DNA from: Paraspadella gotoi
Lineage: Eukaryota > Animalia > Chaetognatha
Direction: 5' to 3'
DNA: 64,000 nucleotides
Assembly: GCA_051294375.1 (NCBI GenBank)
Contig: CM119264.1
Coordinates: 17,186,278 to 17,250,277 of the forward strand
How positions within the stretch are numbered: the stretch's first letter is position 1; each line of letters starts with the position of its first letter. Below the pieces are notes generated by a model. The model was not told the DNA's origin. It worked only from the letters and a program-made list of their open reading frames with translations, and searched no databases. The position numbers and the translations under genes were made by a program. This document shows positions 37,966 through 51,264 of this stretch, piece by piece.

Positions 37966-38497
37966 CCTCTTCCTCTCTCCTCTCTCTCGCGCGGGCTCGT
38001 TTTTTGGGGAAAGGAGGGGGCTGGGCTCCTTTTCTTTGTTCGTCTTTCAGCTATTCACAATTTTTTCTTTCTCTTTTTCTTTCAAAGGGCACATTCAGCC
38101 GATCACGTGACACAAAGATTCAAATTTTTTTATGTCAGACTTTGGTGTTATGGGAGATAAGAGAAAGGGCTGTGAAAAAAGTATCTGGAAGTGAAGGTAA
38201 GTGAGAGAGAGAGAGAGAGAGAGAGAGATAGTGAGCTACAGAAAGAGAAAGAGAGAGAAAGAAAGAACTGGGAGAACTCCTACTATATTACCTAATGAAT
38301 CGCAAAAATCTTGTGTTCTTTCCTTTATCAGTCATTCTTACTTTCCTTCAATCCCTTTGTCTACTTTCTCTCATCGAACCTTGACCGCCTCCCTTTCTCT
38401 TCTCTTTCTCCTCCTTCTGCCTCATTTTCATTTTTATCCGTTTATGTTTTCTTCGTATCTCTTTTCTCTTCGCTTCGACGACCTTCAACTAAACATG

Positions 38498-38532
<35 letters not shown>

Positions 38533-39104
38533 TCTCCACTCTTGAAACTTAACCTCATGTGATTCAAAAGGATGGAGATGTTCTCTGGCACCCAGTCTTG
38601 GCCCCTGATGGTCGTCGTCGTCGTTATCGGCCTCACCCTCCCTACTCGCTACCCCTCCCTACCCTCCCCTTTCTCCCCCTCTCTCCTCTTCCTCCTCATC
38701 CTCCTCCCGAATCCCTGGAGGTTTTTCTCATGGCTGTGGAAACCCAGAAGTCGATGGAAAAAATCCGTAGAGGCACTTGAAAACCGTTATCGACAACCCC
38801 TACCCTCAGCTAGTTCGTTCTCCCTATTCATTTTCCTTACTTCTCTTGTCGCACTTCTTTTCTCCTTGTTTCTCTTTTTCCATCACCTCTCCATCACACA
38901 GGTTTTCATTTTCCTCTTAGCTAAGGGAAAGAGTGACTGTTATCATTGAATCACTATTAAAAACGTAAAGAGAACTATTGAGAAAGTTTAGCGAAAATCT
39001 ATCATATTAATATATTGAACTTTGAAGGTAAGTGAAATTAGATGAAAAATGACGTTTTCCTATTTAAGGCAGGAGGTTATCATCTGAACTTAATTTTCTC
39101 TATT

Positions 39105-39148
<44 letters not shown>

Positions 39149-39270
39149 TTTTTCTTTCTTTCTCTATCTAAGTTTTCATCTGAACTCTGTCTCCACCTTT
39201 CTCTTTATCTTTTTCTTCAACTCTCTCCCTCTTCTCTTTCTCTCTCTCTCTTCTCTCTCTCTCTCGTCTA

Positions 39271-39305
<35 letters not shown>

Positions 39306-39603
39306 CATTCTCATTCTCCCTCTCATTTTCCATGTAGATTGAACCTCTAGAGAAAACGTAAGACTCTTTGGCGCTGCCTTACGTTTGAATCCCTCTTGAG
39401 CAGTCGTCGTCTTCGTTTTTGCCGACGTCGTCGTCGTCGTCGTCGTCGTCTCTATCAGTATCACCATCATCGCGGCTGTTGTATCGTCATCGTCGTCTTT
39501 GGGGCCGATGAACCAAGAGTCCCGGGAGCACAGTCGACAGTTTGTCGTTGTTGTTGTACGCAGCTTAGTCGTCGTTATCTTATTCGCGTCGAAAAAGATG
39601 AAA

Positions 39604-39672
<69 letters not shown>

Positions 39673-40895
39673 CCTCTCTCTCTCTCTCGTCACTCTCTGT
39701 GTCTTTACTCCCTCTCTCAGTCTTTCTCTTTCTCTCTCTGTCTCTCTCTTACTTTTTCTCCATATGTCTCTCCCACTCTCTCTCTCTGTTTCTCTCTTAC
39801 TATCTCTCTCTGTCTCTCTCACACTATGCTTAATTGCAATCTACCAAACATCACAATTCACTCTGCTATCAAATTACACTTTTGATTCTCCTCTCACCAA
39901 AATCCTTCTTTCCCCTTCTCCCTTTAACTTTTATTACTTCTTCTTTGTTCAGTATTCACCACTGTTCTGTGTAGTGTTCACCGCTGTTCACCTTCAGGTT
40001 AGATTTTTTCTTCCTTCAATTCAACTCGAAACGCGACCCCACTTCTTCTTCCGCCTCCTTCTCCGCCTCCTCCTCCGCCTCCTCTTCCGCCTCCGCCTTC
40101 TTCACCTCATTTTCCTCCCTCGTCTCCTCCTCCTCCTCCGCCTCTTTTATCTCATTCTCCTCTTTTATCTCATTCTCCTATTTGGTCTCCTCTTTCTCCA
40201 CCTACATCTTCACTTCCGTTTCGTTCATATCATTCTCCATCTTGTTCTCCTTCTTTTTTCATCGTTCACCTTCTCCCTCACGCTTTACTGTTCCTTTTTC
40301 AATATGATCTCCTAAGCCACTTTCCTCTGAATACTTTTACTACGTAATTAATTACATTTTTGTCTTCTACTTCACCTCTTTTTTTTTCCCTCGGCCTTGT
40401 TCTGGTCTTTCTACTCCTTTGTCACTTCTTGCATATTTTTTATCTCTTTATTTCTCTAGTTTCCAGAGTCCACCTCGCTAGCCTACTCTTTCTTCTCCTT
40501 ATAACTATTTTCTATTTATATACCTTTTTATCTTCTCCGCTTAATTTTTATTGTTTTGATGTTTACCTATACTTGATAGTATATATAGATATATAGATAT
40601 AGATAGTTATTATAGATAGTTAAAGACAGACAATACTTTCTTAGTTAATTAGCTTATTTAAATTTTGATTCTTCTACTGTATACATAACAAACCAGGTAT
40701 TTTTCTCCTACTTTAGTTACTCTTCACATTTAACTCATTTCATAATCTTCTCCCTCACTCCTTCTCTCCCTCCCTCCCTCCAACTTCATCCCACCCTACT
40801 TCTCTCGAGCTCAGGATTTTAAGCTTAATTCACTAATTTACTCCGAGAAATTTAATCAATTTTTTTTCAACGAGGCTTCCTTGGTATCGACGGCA

Positions 40896-40968
40896 GAGGT
40901 GGCATCGGTGACAGAGGAGGTGGCAGCGGTGGTAGAGGATGTGGCAGCGGTGGTAGAGGAGGTGTCAT
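40896..40968. repeat. 21-bp imperfect tandem repeat (encodes TTAATSS on the minus strand)
   Basis: AGAGGAGGTGGCAGCGGTGGT-like unit, 3-4 copies. Confidence 0.7.
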
Positions 40969-42374
40969 AGGATGTCTCGTTGGCGACCGACGCCGGCGGG
41001 CACCGACGCGGCCGAGCAACAAAACCCCAAAAAAAAGGGAAAAAGGAAGAGAGAGAAAAAAGCTTGGTCGCCATTGTTTCCGTCTTTTGTGTCGAAATCG
41101 GAGCAGAATTGGGATTTTTAACCAGCGCGAATTCCGTTCACGCCCAATCCGAGGACGACAATGAAGACGAAAATGCCGACGTCAAAAGACGATGGCGGAC
41201 GAGAGGGGTAACGGGTTGAGAGTGGGGACGAGAGGAGGGGATCAAAGTGGGGATCGTAGAAGTAGAACAGCCCCACTGCTCCATTGCTTCATGGACGTAC
41301 GTATCATCTAGCTAAATTAAACAAATTATTATGTAGATTGTCAAAGATATGAAATATATGTGACTTTTTACTTTAATCTGACAAAAAAAAATAAAATTTA
41401 TTATCGAAAATAGTTTTTACAGATTTTCTTATAATTTTTTTCCCACGTTTGGTATTTTATAGATGTAGCATGAAACAAATTATTAGTCTCGAGATTTGTA
41501 TTAACCGTTAATGAGTAGAATATTGGACCAAAGGAAAACTCTCGTCTTTATGAATGGGCGTTGGACAGTGTCGTGCTCTCGGGCTGTGACAAAAAAAAAA
41601 AGCCTTGCGTCAACGTGAGGTGATTCTTCTCCTTAGAACAAAAGGTAATCGACTTGTCTATCCTTTTTTTTCTTTCTACATGTCTTTCTGCTTTTCCACT
41701 CGAAACTGTCTTTTCAAAGTTTTTTTGTCCAACATCCGCGAAGAAGAGAGAGATGTCATTCACGAAATGACTGCCGAACCTCAATCTGTTTTATCGTCAA
41801 ATATCAGAATATTAGTCGTTCCGGATAAAAGTTTGAACTTACTAACCCACCTGTATTTTTACATCGTTATACTTCTATTATTTTTTTATTATAACTGGCC
41901 TAGACAGTAAATGATTCCGCCCAGTGCCAAAAAAATTACGAAACAACATCGGGAAGAAAGTAGAAACGAGGACGACGACACGGACGACGACACCGACGAC
42001 GAAACCGACGACGAAACCGACGACAACGTGATATTCATATTATGAAGGGCGCGATTGTGCGAGATAAAAATAGCGAATGAGTCGATAATCAGTTTTTGGA
42101 TCGAATTTCGGTCGGCGTCGCTTCGCTGAAGGGAGGGCAGGAGGTTTGAGGCGGGGGGGGGGGTGGGTGGGTAAGGGGTGACGGGGGCTAAAAACTATTG
42201 ATATTTGAGAAGAGGCGACGGCGCGTGAATTGTATCAACTCAAACTCAAACTGAGAGGGAGAGTCCTTATTATATATATTTTGTATAGTGTGAAGATGGA
42301 GGGATGGCGGGTGAGGCACTCGAAAAGCGAATTTTTGAATTTCATCGTCGTTTTTTTTTTTTTTTACACGAGCA

Positions 42375-43171
42375 CTTACTTAAATAATTAGCGAGTTCCT
42401 TTTCATTAACTCTCAAAAAAAATCAAATTTCCACATTTTTTCAACGGTTTTTATAAACGTAATATCTAATCTCTTTTTCTCCCCGCGAAAATAAATTTTC
42501 AGATTTTTTCCTGGCGGCTGACAAAATAAACAAAATAGAAAATTCAAAATAGTAGAGAAAGGTTCGTTAAAAAAAGAAAAAAGATTTGAATATTCAATTG
42601 ATCTGATCGCAGAAGCAAAATAAATTCTAAAGGAAGTTGCATGCCAAATAAAACTGGGATACACACTCTTAGCAACGAGCAACTCCAAACTGGAAAGAAA
42701 AAACAAAAAATAGCTCTTATATTGTTGGCAAGAAAAGGCCTCAAACAAAAAAGTGGGTTGAAAACGGGGAGAAATGGGGGTGAGNNNNNNNNNNNNNNNN
42801 NNNNNNNNNCTTACTTAAATAATTAGCGAGTTCCTTTTTCATAGTTAACTCTTCAAAAAAAAAAAAATTTCCGATTTTTCACGTTTGTTCATAAACGTAA
42901 TCTAATCTCTTTTTTACCCCGAAAATAAATTCATTTTTTCCTGCGGCTGACAAAAAACAAAATAGAAAATTCAAAATAAGTAGAAAAGGTTAAAAAAAAA
43001 GGATTTGAATAATTCATTTGATTGATCGCAGAAGCAATAAAATTTAAAGGCATGCCAATAAAAACGGGAATACAACTCTTAGCAACGAGACTCCAAACGG
43101 AAAAAAAAGCTTATTGGGCAGAAAAGCCTCAAACAAAAAAGTGGTTGGAAACGGGGAGAAATGGGGGTGAG
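42375..43171. other. Tandem duplication across an N gap (42375-42784 vs 42810-43171), probable assembly artefact
   Basis: Copies differ mainly by small indels and abut the gap at 42785-42809. Confidence 0.8.
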
Positions 43172-44419
43172 AAAGGCGAGGGGGAGATTTTCGTTTATTC
43201 CTTCGTTGAAGAAAAATAGATTGTCACGAAAATCTGGGTCTCTCANNNNNNNNNNNNNNNNNNNNNNNNNGACGAGAGGAGTGAGAGAGCAGAGAGGGAG
43301 GAAGAGGATGGGGAGAGAGGGATGAGAGAGTCGTGCCGCGCCTTGGAAGAGAGGAGCTGAGATGGACGAGAGGGGGGCAGATGAGAGAGAAGGAGGGATA
43401 TGGAGGGACGGCGAGAAGTTAGAGGGGAGAGAGAGAGAAGGGAAGGGAGGGAGGAGGGAAGAGAGAGAGGGCAGGAGAGAGGGAGAGAGAGAGAGGAGAA
43501 GGGAGGAGCAGACGGAGAGGGACGGGAGTCGAGGGAGGAGAGTGGGCGAGAGAGGACGGAGAGGGGAAGCAGATGAGGGCGAGTGGGGAGAAGAGGCGAA
43601 GGGAGGAGAGAGGGGCAGGGACGAGTGGGGGGGGAGGGTGTGAGGGAGGAGAGAGGAGGAGAAGGGATGGAGAGGAGGAGAGGTTGCGTGGGATTTGATT
43701 TATTTTTCTTCGAGAGAAAATTGATTAGCAACTTAAATTTTGAGTCGAAATGGAAGCAATTGAAACGAAGCACGCTGATGTTATGGCGGCACGATGATAC
43801 GCGCGCTGCGAGACGATAAGGGAGCGGAAAGGAGGAGTAGGAGCGAGGAAGATAAATGAGGGGAGGAAAATAAGAGGAAGAGGGGAGATGAGAATAATGG
43901 AAAAAGAGGGGAAGGAGAATAAGGAAAAGTGGGAGGTGCAATACAGCGAAATAGAGGGGGAAGGTGAAATAAGGAAAAACAGAGGGAGAGAATAAGAGGG
44001 GAGAAATAAAGGCGAATGAGATAGAAGGAAGGGAACAGGGAGCAGCAAAGAAGAGAAAATTAAGGAAATAGCAAGGAAGGGGAAGGAGAAATAAGGAAAA
44101 AGGGGAAAGAAAAAGTAATGGAAAAGAGGGAAAATATGGAGGTTTGGAAGGAGAAATAAGAAATTGAGGGCAAGCGGAAAAGGGGAAGGAGGAAATAAGG
44201 AAAGGGGGAAAGAAAGGAAAAATAAGGAAAAGGGAGAAAGGAAAAATAAGGGAAAGAGGGGGAAGGAGAAATAAGGAAAAGGAGAGAAAAGCGAAAAAAG
44301 GGAAAGGTTGAAAATATGGGAATAGAAAGGAAGGAAAAAGAAGGAAAGGGGATAAATAGGGGACAGAGATATGAGAAAAAGAGAGTAAGAGAAAGTTCGA
44401 GAAGAAAAATAGATTCATA

Positions 44420-44628
44420 AAACAAGAACGGTAATTCCAATGTGTTGCGCCGCAGTAACTTTTTTCACATAATATGATATGACATAAAATGATATGACTA
44501 AAAACTTTATTTGCCCGTGTATGACATGCACTGCATCAAAATTACGTCGGACGGACCGACCAACTGACTGACCGACCGAAAAGTGACTTATAGAGTTGCT
44601 GCGCGAGTCCTCGCGGCGCAACTAAAAA
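44420..44628 (+). mobile_element. Non-autonomous Helentron/HINE-like element
   Basis: Same family as 18879-19272; inverted repeat GTTGCGCCGC...GCGGCGCAAC, GACC repeats and 3' hairpin AGTTGCTGCGCGAGTCCTCGCGGCGCAACT. Confidence 0.65.
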
Positions 44629-44698
44629 GATAAGGAGGAAGAAAGGGAGCGATGTTGTCGACATAGGAGAAGAAAAAAAAAGGTTTGAAAAAGAAGAG

Positions 44699-44747
<49 letters not shown>

Positions 44748-45779
44748 TATGCGAAAGCGAAGGCTGGAAAACGAATCGTATTCATGAGAGGAAAAGGAAA
44801 GAACCGGAAAATTATTAAAATTTTGTTGAAAATTTTAAAAATTTTATGTTTAATTATAATCTATACCATACAATAAGTTAGGTTTTCAAATAATTTCGAT
44901 TTATTTGTCGGAATCTTTTTGAATTTTTGTCGGGTGATCCTGAAAATAAAATTGAATTCAATTCACGTCAATAGATCTTTTGGGGCTATTTTTTCTTAAT
45001 TTTAATCGTTAATATCAGTGTATTATTTTTAATACGAAATACGAATTCATCATCGAGTCGATCTCGACTCGGGCGAATCTCAGGTAATGAATAAATCGGG
45101 GGAACTCATGAATCTTGGGCCAAATTCGCCATGAATCCACTGATGACGCAAGGGAGACATTTTGAGGTTACGACGTGAACGACGACGACGACGACGACGA
45201 CCACAACGACGACGATGAAGTCGACGATGACGACGTTGCCATGGTTGCCAGTCCCATGGGCGCGTCCACGCGGATTCGCGGTACCGAGGAAAGGATTTTC
45301 ACGCTTCGTGGCATCAGACGAGAGAGATGAGAGAGAGAGAAGAGAGATGAGAGAGATGAGAGAGACTGAGAGAGAGTAGCAGAGCGAGAGAGAGGTTGGG
45401 GAGGGGACGGGAGAAAGAAAGAAGGAAGAGAGAGAATCAGGGGCGTAGAGCATGATAGAATAAAAACGGAATTCATCTGTTTTATATGTTTATTTTTTAT
45501 TGTCTTTCTTTGATTGTACTTTTGTTTTTGATGTTTCTTCAATTTTTTATATTCTATTAATATCAACTGATATATATAAATTTTTGAATTAATTGCTTTT
45601 AAATAAAACACCATTTTTTAGAAAATTACGTACAGACTCTGCAAAATAACTATTTGTAATATCCCCACACGGCATATTTTTTGTTAACGGCTCCATTGCC
45701 TCATTATTATCGGACTCTGATTAGCCAACCGTGTTACGCTCGGTATGTGATTGGAAGAGGCGTTTAAACGACACCTTTC

Positions 45780-45812
<33 letters not shown>

Positions 45813-46128
45813 GACGAGGTGCTGAAAATGTTGTCCTTGGTAATGGCGCGCATCCATTATTTTGCTCGACGCGGTGAGTCAGATAGTTTGTGAATATAAA
45901 AGAAAGAATTGTCGAAAAAATGTATGAAAATAAATAAAGAAAAGAATATAAAGAAATAAAAATGAAAGAGATAAAGATAGAAAAAGATTAAAAAAAGACA
46001 GACAGAAAGAGAGAAAGAGAGAGAAAACGTCGCTGTTGTTGGGGATCCCCTTCGTCACGATCCTCGCATTCGACTTTCTTTGTTGATATTCATGAGATGA
46101 GGCTTTTTGTGGAGAGAGAGAGAGGAGA

Positions 46129-46162
<34 letters not shown>

Positions 46163-48778
46163 GACGTACAAAGAGGAAGAACGAAGAATGTTATTTTGAC
46201 GACAAAAGAAATACTTGATAATGACAAAAGAAGGAATAAATTAGACGACAACGAAAGCTTCCAATAAAAAACATAAAAGGGAGAGAGGGGGGAGAGGAGG
46301 GAGAGGCAGAAAAAGACAATCATCGTCCTATTTTTGATCTCCTTCGGTCAAAGTGATGAATGATTCCACTATCTTATTTATAAAAAAATATTACTTCTGA
46401 ATCTTAGTGATTGACCTGTATTTTTAATATCCATATCTCTCCTTGAAATAAAATTTTCATTGAGTAAAAACTTTTTTTGGAAGATTCAATTTGAGAACTA
46501 TTCTCAGTTAAGTTGATAGTTTAGGATCGTTTTTGAGAGAGCAAATCTTAAAGATTAGTCACATAGAGGACTCTTAGGTTGAGCTCACCTCCATTCCAGA
46601 GTCATTTCTCACACCGCAATATCTCCGATGCCATCACCAACCTCACCACAGTCACCATCCCAATCGCCTTCTTCAGACACCCGAAAAAAAAACCGCCAAA
46701 AACATTCGCGATTTGAATTCCGTTTCAAGGCCTCTTGGTTCCCGCGTTCGCCCCATCAGGACTCCCTGTCTTCGCCTTCAACGTCCGCAGCCTCCCTCTT
46801 TGGAGGACCTCCACTCCCTCATCTCTTCGCACAACAAAGCCCCTCCCTTCCCCCTCATCCGCCCCCCCCTCTTCCATCCCTTTCGTCCTTCCGAACAACT
46901 TTGGATTTCGTCACCGTCATCGTCACCCCGAGCCTGACCTCGGGTTAGGAATCCAGAAACAAACTCGTTTAACGATTCCATTTTAGGAATCCTGACCCGC
47001 ACCCCGAGATCGGGAATGATCGCGACGAACGAGAAGACGACGAAAACGACGACGACGATGACAACGATGTTGAGGACGATAAAGGGCTATGGGGAAGAAA
47101 TTAACAGAAGTGACAGATCACTTACTGATCACATAAGATCATATAAAATCACAAATCAAATGGATAATATTTATATTGGTTGTACGGATTTAATTAAAAT
47201 TATTTTTCGCTTAAAACAAGACCTTCCATTTTTTATATTTGATAGTCTAGATCAAACATTAGATTTAACAATTGTTTGCGTTTTACAAATCATTGTTTTA
47301 TTTTCGTTGTCTTCCTCGTCGTCGTGATCGACGTCGTCGTCGTCGTCACGGGCGATAAAAGAATCGGGAACAGACGCTTTCCTATCGCTTCACTTCCGTC
47401 ACACTGCAGTTAGAGCAAATAAAGGTTTCAATAATTTTCATATAATTTTTTTTATAAATTTATCAATAATAAGTTTTAAAAACTAAAAAATAATAATTTA
47501 TTTATATAATACAATACAAACTTTTTAAAATTAAGTTTTAAACAGTTTAAAAGATGTGAGATACATAAATTTTTTTTATTATTGATGTATTCCAAACATT
47601 ATATGACAACATTTGATTATATATTTTATATTAAGTTTAAAAAAAATCTATATAAATAAAAGAAGAATATATTTTTAAAAATATATAAAATATAAGAGAA
47701 ATATAGTATTTAAAATAAATTAAAAAATAATTTAAAAAAATAAAAATTTCAAAAAGTATATCAAAAAAACTTTATAGCTTCATACATAAAATAAACGCTT
47801 TATGAATATAAAAATCTGTCAAAAATATTTTTAAAAAACTTAAATAAAAAATAAAAACGGTTTATTTTTAAACTTAATCGATCCAAATAGAGCTTAAAAC
47901 GCAGAGTGCGACGTATTTGCATCACTTTTCCGCCTCCGTTGCTTCTGTTGACGTTTTGCCCCCGCGACTTTCGAGGGAAAGAAAAAAAAAAAGGAAGACT
48001 CGAGAGTCGAAACAAAACCCCGAGTCGCAACCTGAGGAGGGTGGAGATCATGGGGATTGAGTTGGATCGGTCTGAGGGACAGGGATAGAGACGGAATGTT
48101 CCTCGTGGCGGGGATATAGGTGGATTGGTCTCTGGGGCTCTGATACAGACGGAATATTGTTAGTGCTTTGGTTAGAGCTGGAATGTTATTTGTTGTTCAA
48201 AGTCCGTCATGGTGGATAAGAATAATTAAAATACTTTAAAAATTGAGATTACAAAATTTAAGTAGGTTAAAATATGGTTCAACTTGAAATGATCCTCTTG
48301 ACGGGGCGGGTGTGAAGGTCTTAGATTAGGAACTGATGGAGGAGAAATAATTTCAAACAGCAAATGTAGAATACATTAAAATTTGCAACAAATTAAAAAT
48401 ATCCCCTTTCGCATTCATACCAACAAAACTGTAGCCGCAACAAAAAAAATTCATCTTCCTCTTCCCCGTTTCATTTCTTACTCCCTTCATTATCCTCTTC
48501 CTCCCATTGGTCGCGATTTCCGAATCCAAACCCCTTATTATTCTGCTCATTTTCTCACTGATCCGATAATAAGTTAACATTATGATAATTACGGAACCTT
48601 AGCAGTAAAAAAAAAAAATCGCTTCGGTCTCCTTTCTTCTTTTACTTTCTTTCTCGCGTTCTCTTTATTTTTTTTTTTCGTTTTTTCCTTTCTACTCGGT
48701 TCTTTTCTTTTCTTTGTTATAATTTTCTTTCTTCTGATGCTTTCTTCGACTCTCATTAGTATCCGGTCTCTCCTACTC

Positions 48779-48902
<124 letters not shown>

Positions 48903-50293
48903 CACTCCTTCTCCGCTGAATTTTCTCTTTCAATCCTTCCACGTAATTAACTAAGAAAGTCTCTCACTTTCTCGCTCTGCCCCACCCCGTTTCACAAACC
49001 CCACCTCACCCACCATCGAATCCTCTCTGCCCCGTCCGCCTCTTTTCTGTGGGTTGGGCCCGGGGGGTGGGCCGAGGGTGGGCCCTGGGCGGATCTCGTG
49101 GGTTATGGACCGAACCGCCGTGTTGGCGATGTGTAAGCGACGCGAAAGGGCGGGGAGTGTAACGCGCTTCGGCGGGCGGTTAAGCGGCGGACAGGTGGCG
49201 GCAAGATGGCAGAGGAGGATCGAAAAATTCGATTAAAAACTCGGGCTTAAATTTTATTGGGACGGATTAATTTTATCGCTTTGTTACTAAGATGGAGACT
49301 TTTTATTTTTACGGTTAATTTTACAAACTCCGTTCTTCCCGACCCGCAACTTCCTTTCACTCCAGCAGTGATTTAGAAAAAGCAAAATAGAAAATAAGAA
49401 AATAAAATAAAAAGGAAAATGAAAACGAAAGGCGGGAACGAAAGAGATAGGAGAGAGTTTTAAAATTCTCGGAAGATTATTTGATATTATGTATTTCAAA
49501 ATGGGTGAAAAATATCTTATTAAATAAATCCTTAAGGAAAATATCAATGGCGAATGGGCGTGTCCGTAAGGGAAGGAAAACCTCGACGTCCGGCTGCAAT
49601 GCATTCGATATCGGCGTCATCTCTTGCCCCGTTTTACGAGGATTTTCGTTTACGACGATAATTTTGGAAAGAGGTTACAACCGGGCGAATGCAATCTAAA
49701 TAGCACCCCTGAATCGTCCCCTTTGAGTGTAATTAACAAAAACATATAAAACCCCGTTCGTCGCCATCTTGAAAAGTCAGAAAGTCGAGGGAGCTCAAAC
49801 TAAATGGTAACCACTGCTTAATTAAATTGATAATGAATTGACTGACTGACTGACTGACTGACATAAAAAACATCGCTCAGGTCGACAACGACGACAAAGC
49901 TATAAAAAAAAACTGTTTGGCGCCCCATGTGAAAGAAAATATGAATTTATATCTGCGCTGCAATCTCCTCCCATTTTCCATTCATGGTCCTTTTCTCCTT
50001 TTTTTTGTGTGCAGTGTAAACCCATTGTCGTTGAATCAAAAAAGAAAAAAAAATCCTTCTCCTTTGTATGCGTGCGAGCGCGTCTGCGTGTGAATGAATG
50101 CGCGGGTGTGAATATGTGTGAATGAGAGTACACGTCCCTTCACAAAAGGCGATCGTTGTTCACTTTTTTATTTTTATTTTTTATGCAATTTTATGCAATT
50201 TTTTTTTCTCACCCTCGAGACGACAACGACGATGATGATGACGAAGATAACGTCGATTTCCAAATGACAACGAAAACCGCGACGGCGATAAAA

Positions 50294-50342
<49 letters not shown>

Positions 50343-50739
50343 AGAGGATCTTGAATTTGGAACGAAGTCGATTTTTTTTTGTCGAGTCGGTCAGAAAGGA
50401 TTGAGGAATGAGGGGAGATGAAAGAGAGAAAGCAAAGCGTCTCTTCTGCGAGAGGTTCGCCGAAGAAGAATTATTTTGCCATTTATGACGATAAAAAACG
50501 GAGATAGTAGGACGAATGAACGACAATGGTTGGCGGGAAAATCTACAAAGTGTAACGATTGAGGCTTTCAATAGTTTTGTCTCATCTTTTATTTTTTGAG
50601 TAAATGAATCTAGACTCACGAAATATCCTGCCTTCTTTCTCTCTCCTTTTCTCCTTTCCTCCTCCTCTTTCTCTCTGTCTCTCTCTCTCTCTCTCTTGCT
50701 CTCAACCGCTGCCACGCCCTCCCGCGGGACATAGAAAAG

Positions 50740-50835
<96 letters not shown>

Positions 50836-51195
50836 AAGACGAGTAGAAGGAGAGGACCGCCAGGAGAGAGAGAGAGAGAGAGAGAGAGAGGACGAAGAGA
50901 GAGAGCAACGAGAAGAAGCTTGCAAAATGATACCGGGTGGAAATTATGCATGGAAGTGAGAGAAAATTATGGCGGAGCAAATGGAGTCGCAACGTCCATC
51001 TTTGCCTTCCCTTCCTTTGTATTTACCAATTTTTGTCGCTGTAATCTTTATTCGTTTCAAGTTTTTGCAGCGCTTTTTCAGGATTTCTAGTAAAACATAT
51101 GAAGAGTTCTTTTTGATATTTAAAATCTTTGTTAAAGGAAAATAATCTCGGCATATATATCCGTATTTGTTAATTATTTGTATTTTTTTCTCTCT

Positions 51196-51264
<69 letters not shown>

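Noticed and set aside
43243-44418. 391-aa ORF and the many RERE/SLSL/poly-V/poly-T ORFs
   Set aside because: Stop-free by composition in polypurine and microsatellite tracts; no domain or splice support.
45235-45249. GTTGCCATGGTTGCC X-box-like site
   Set aside because: Only one proper half-site and no identifiable gene nearby.
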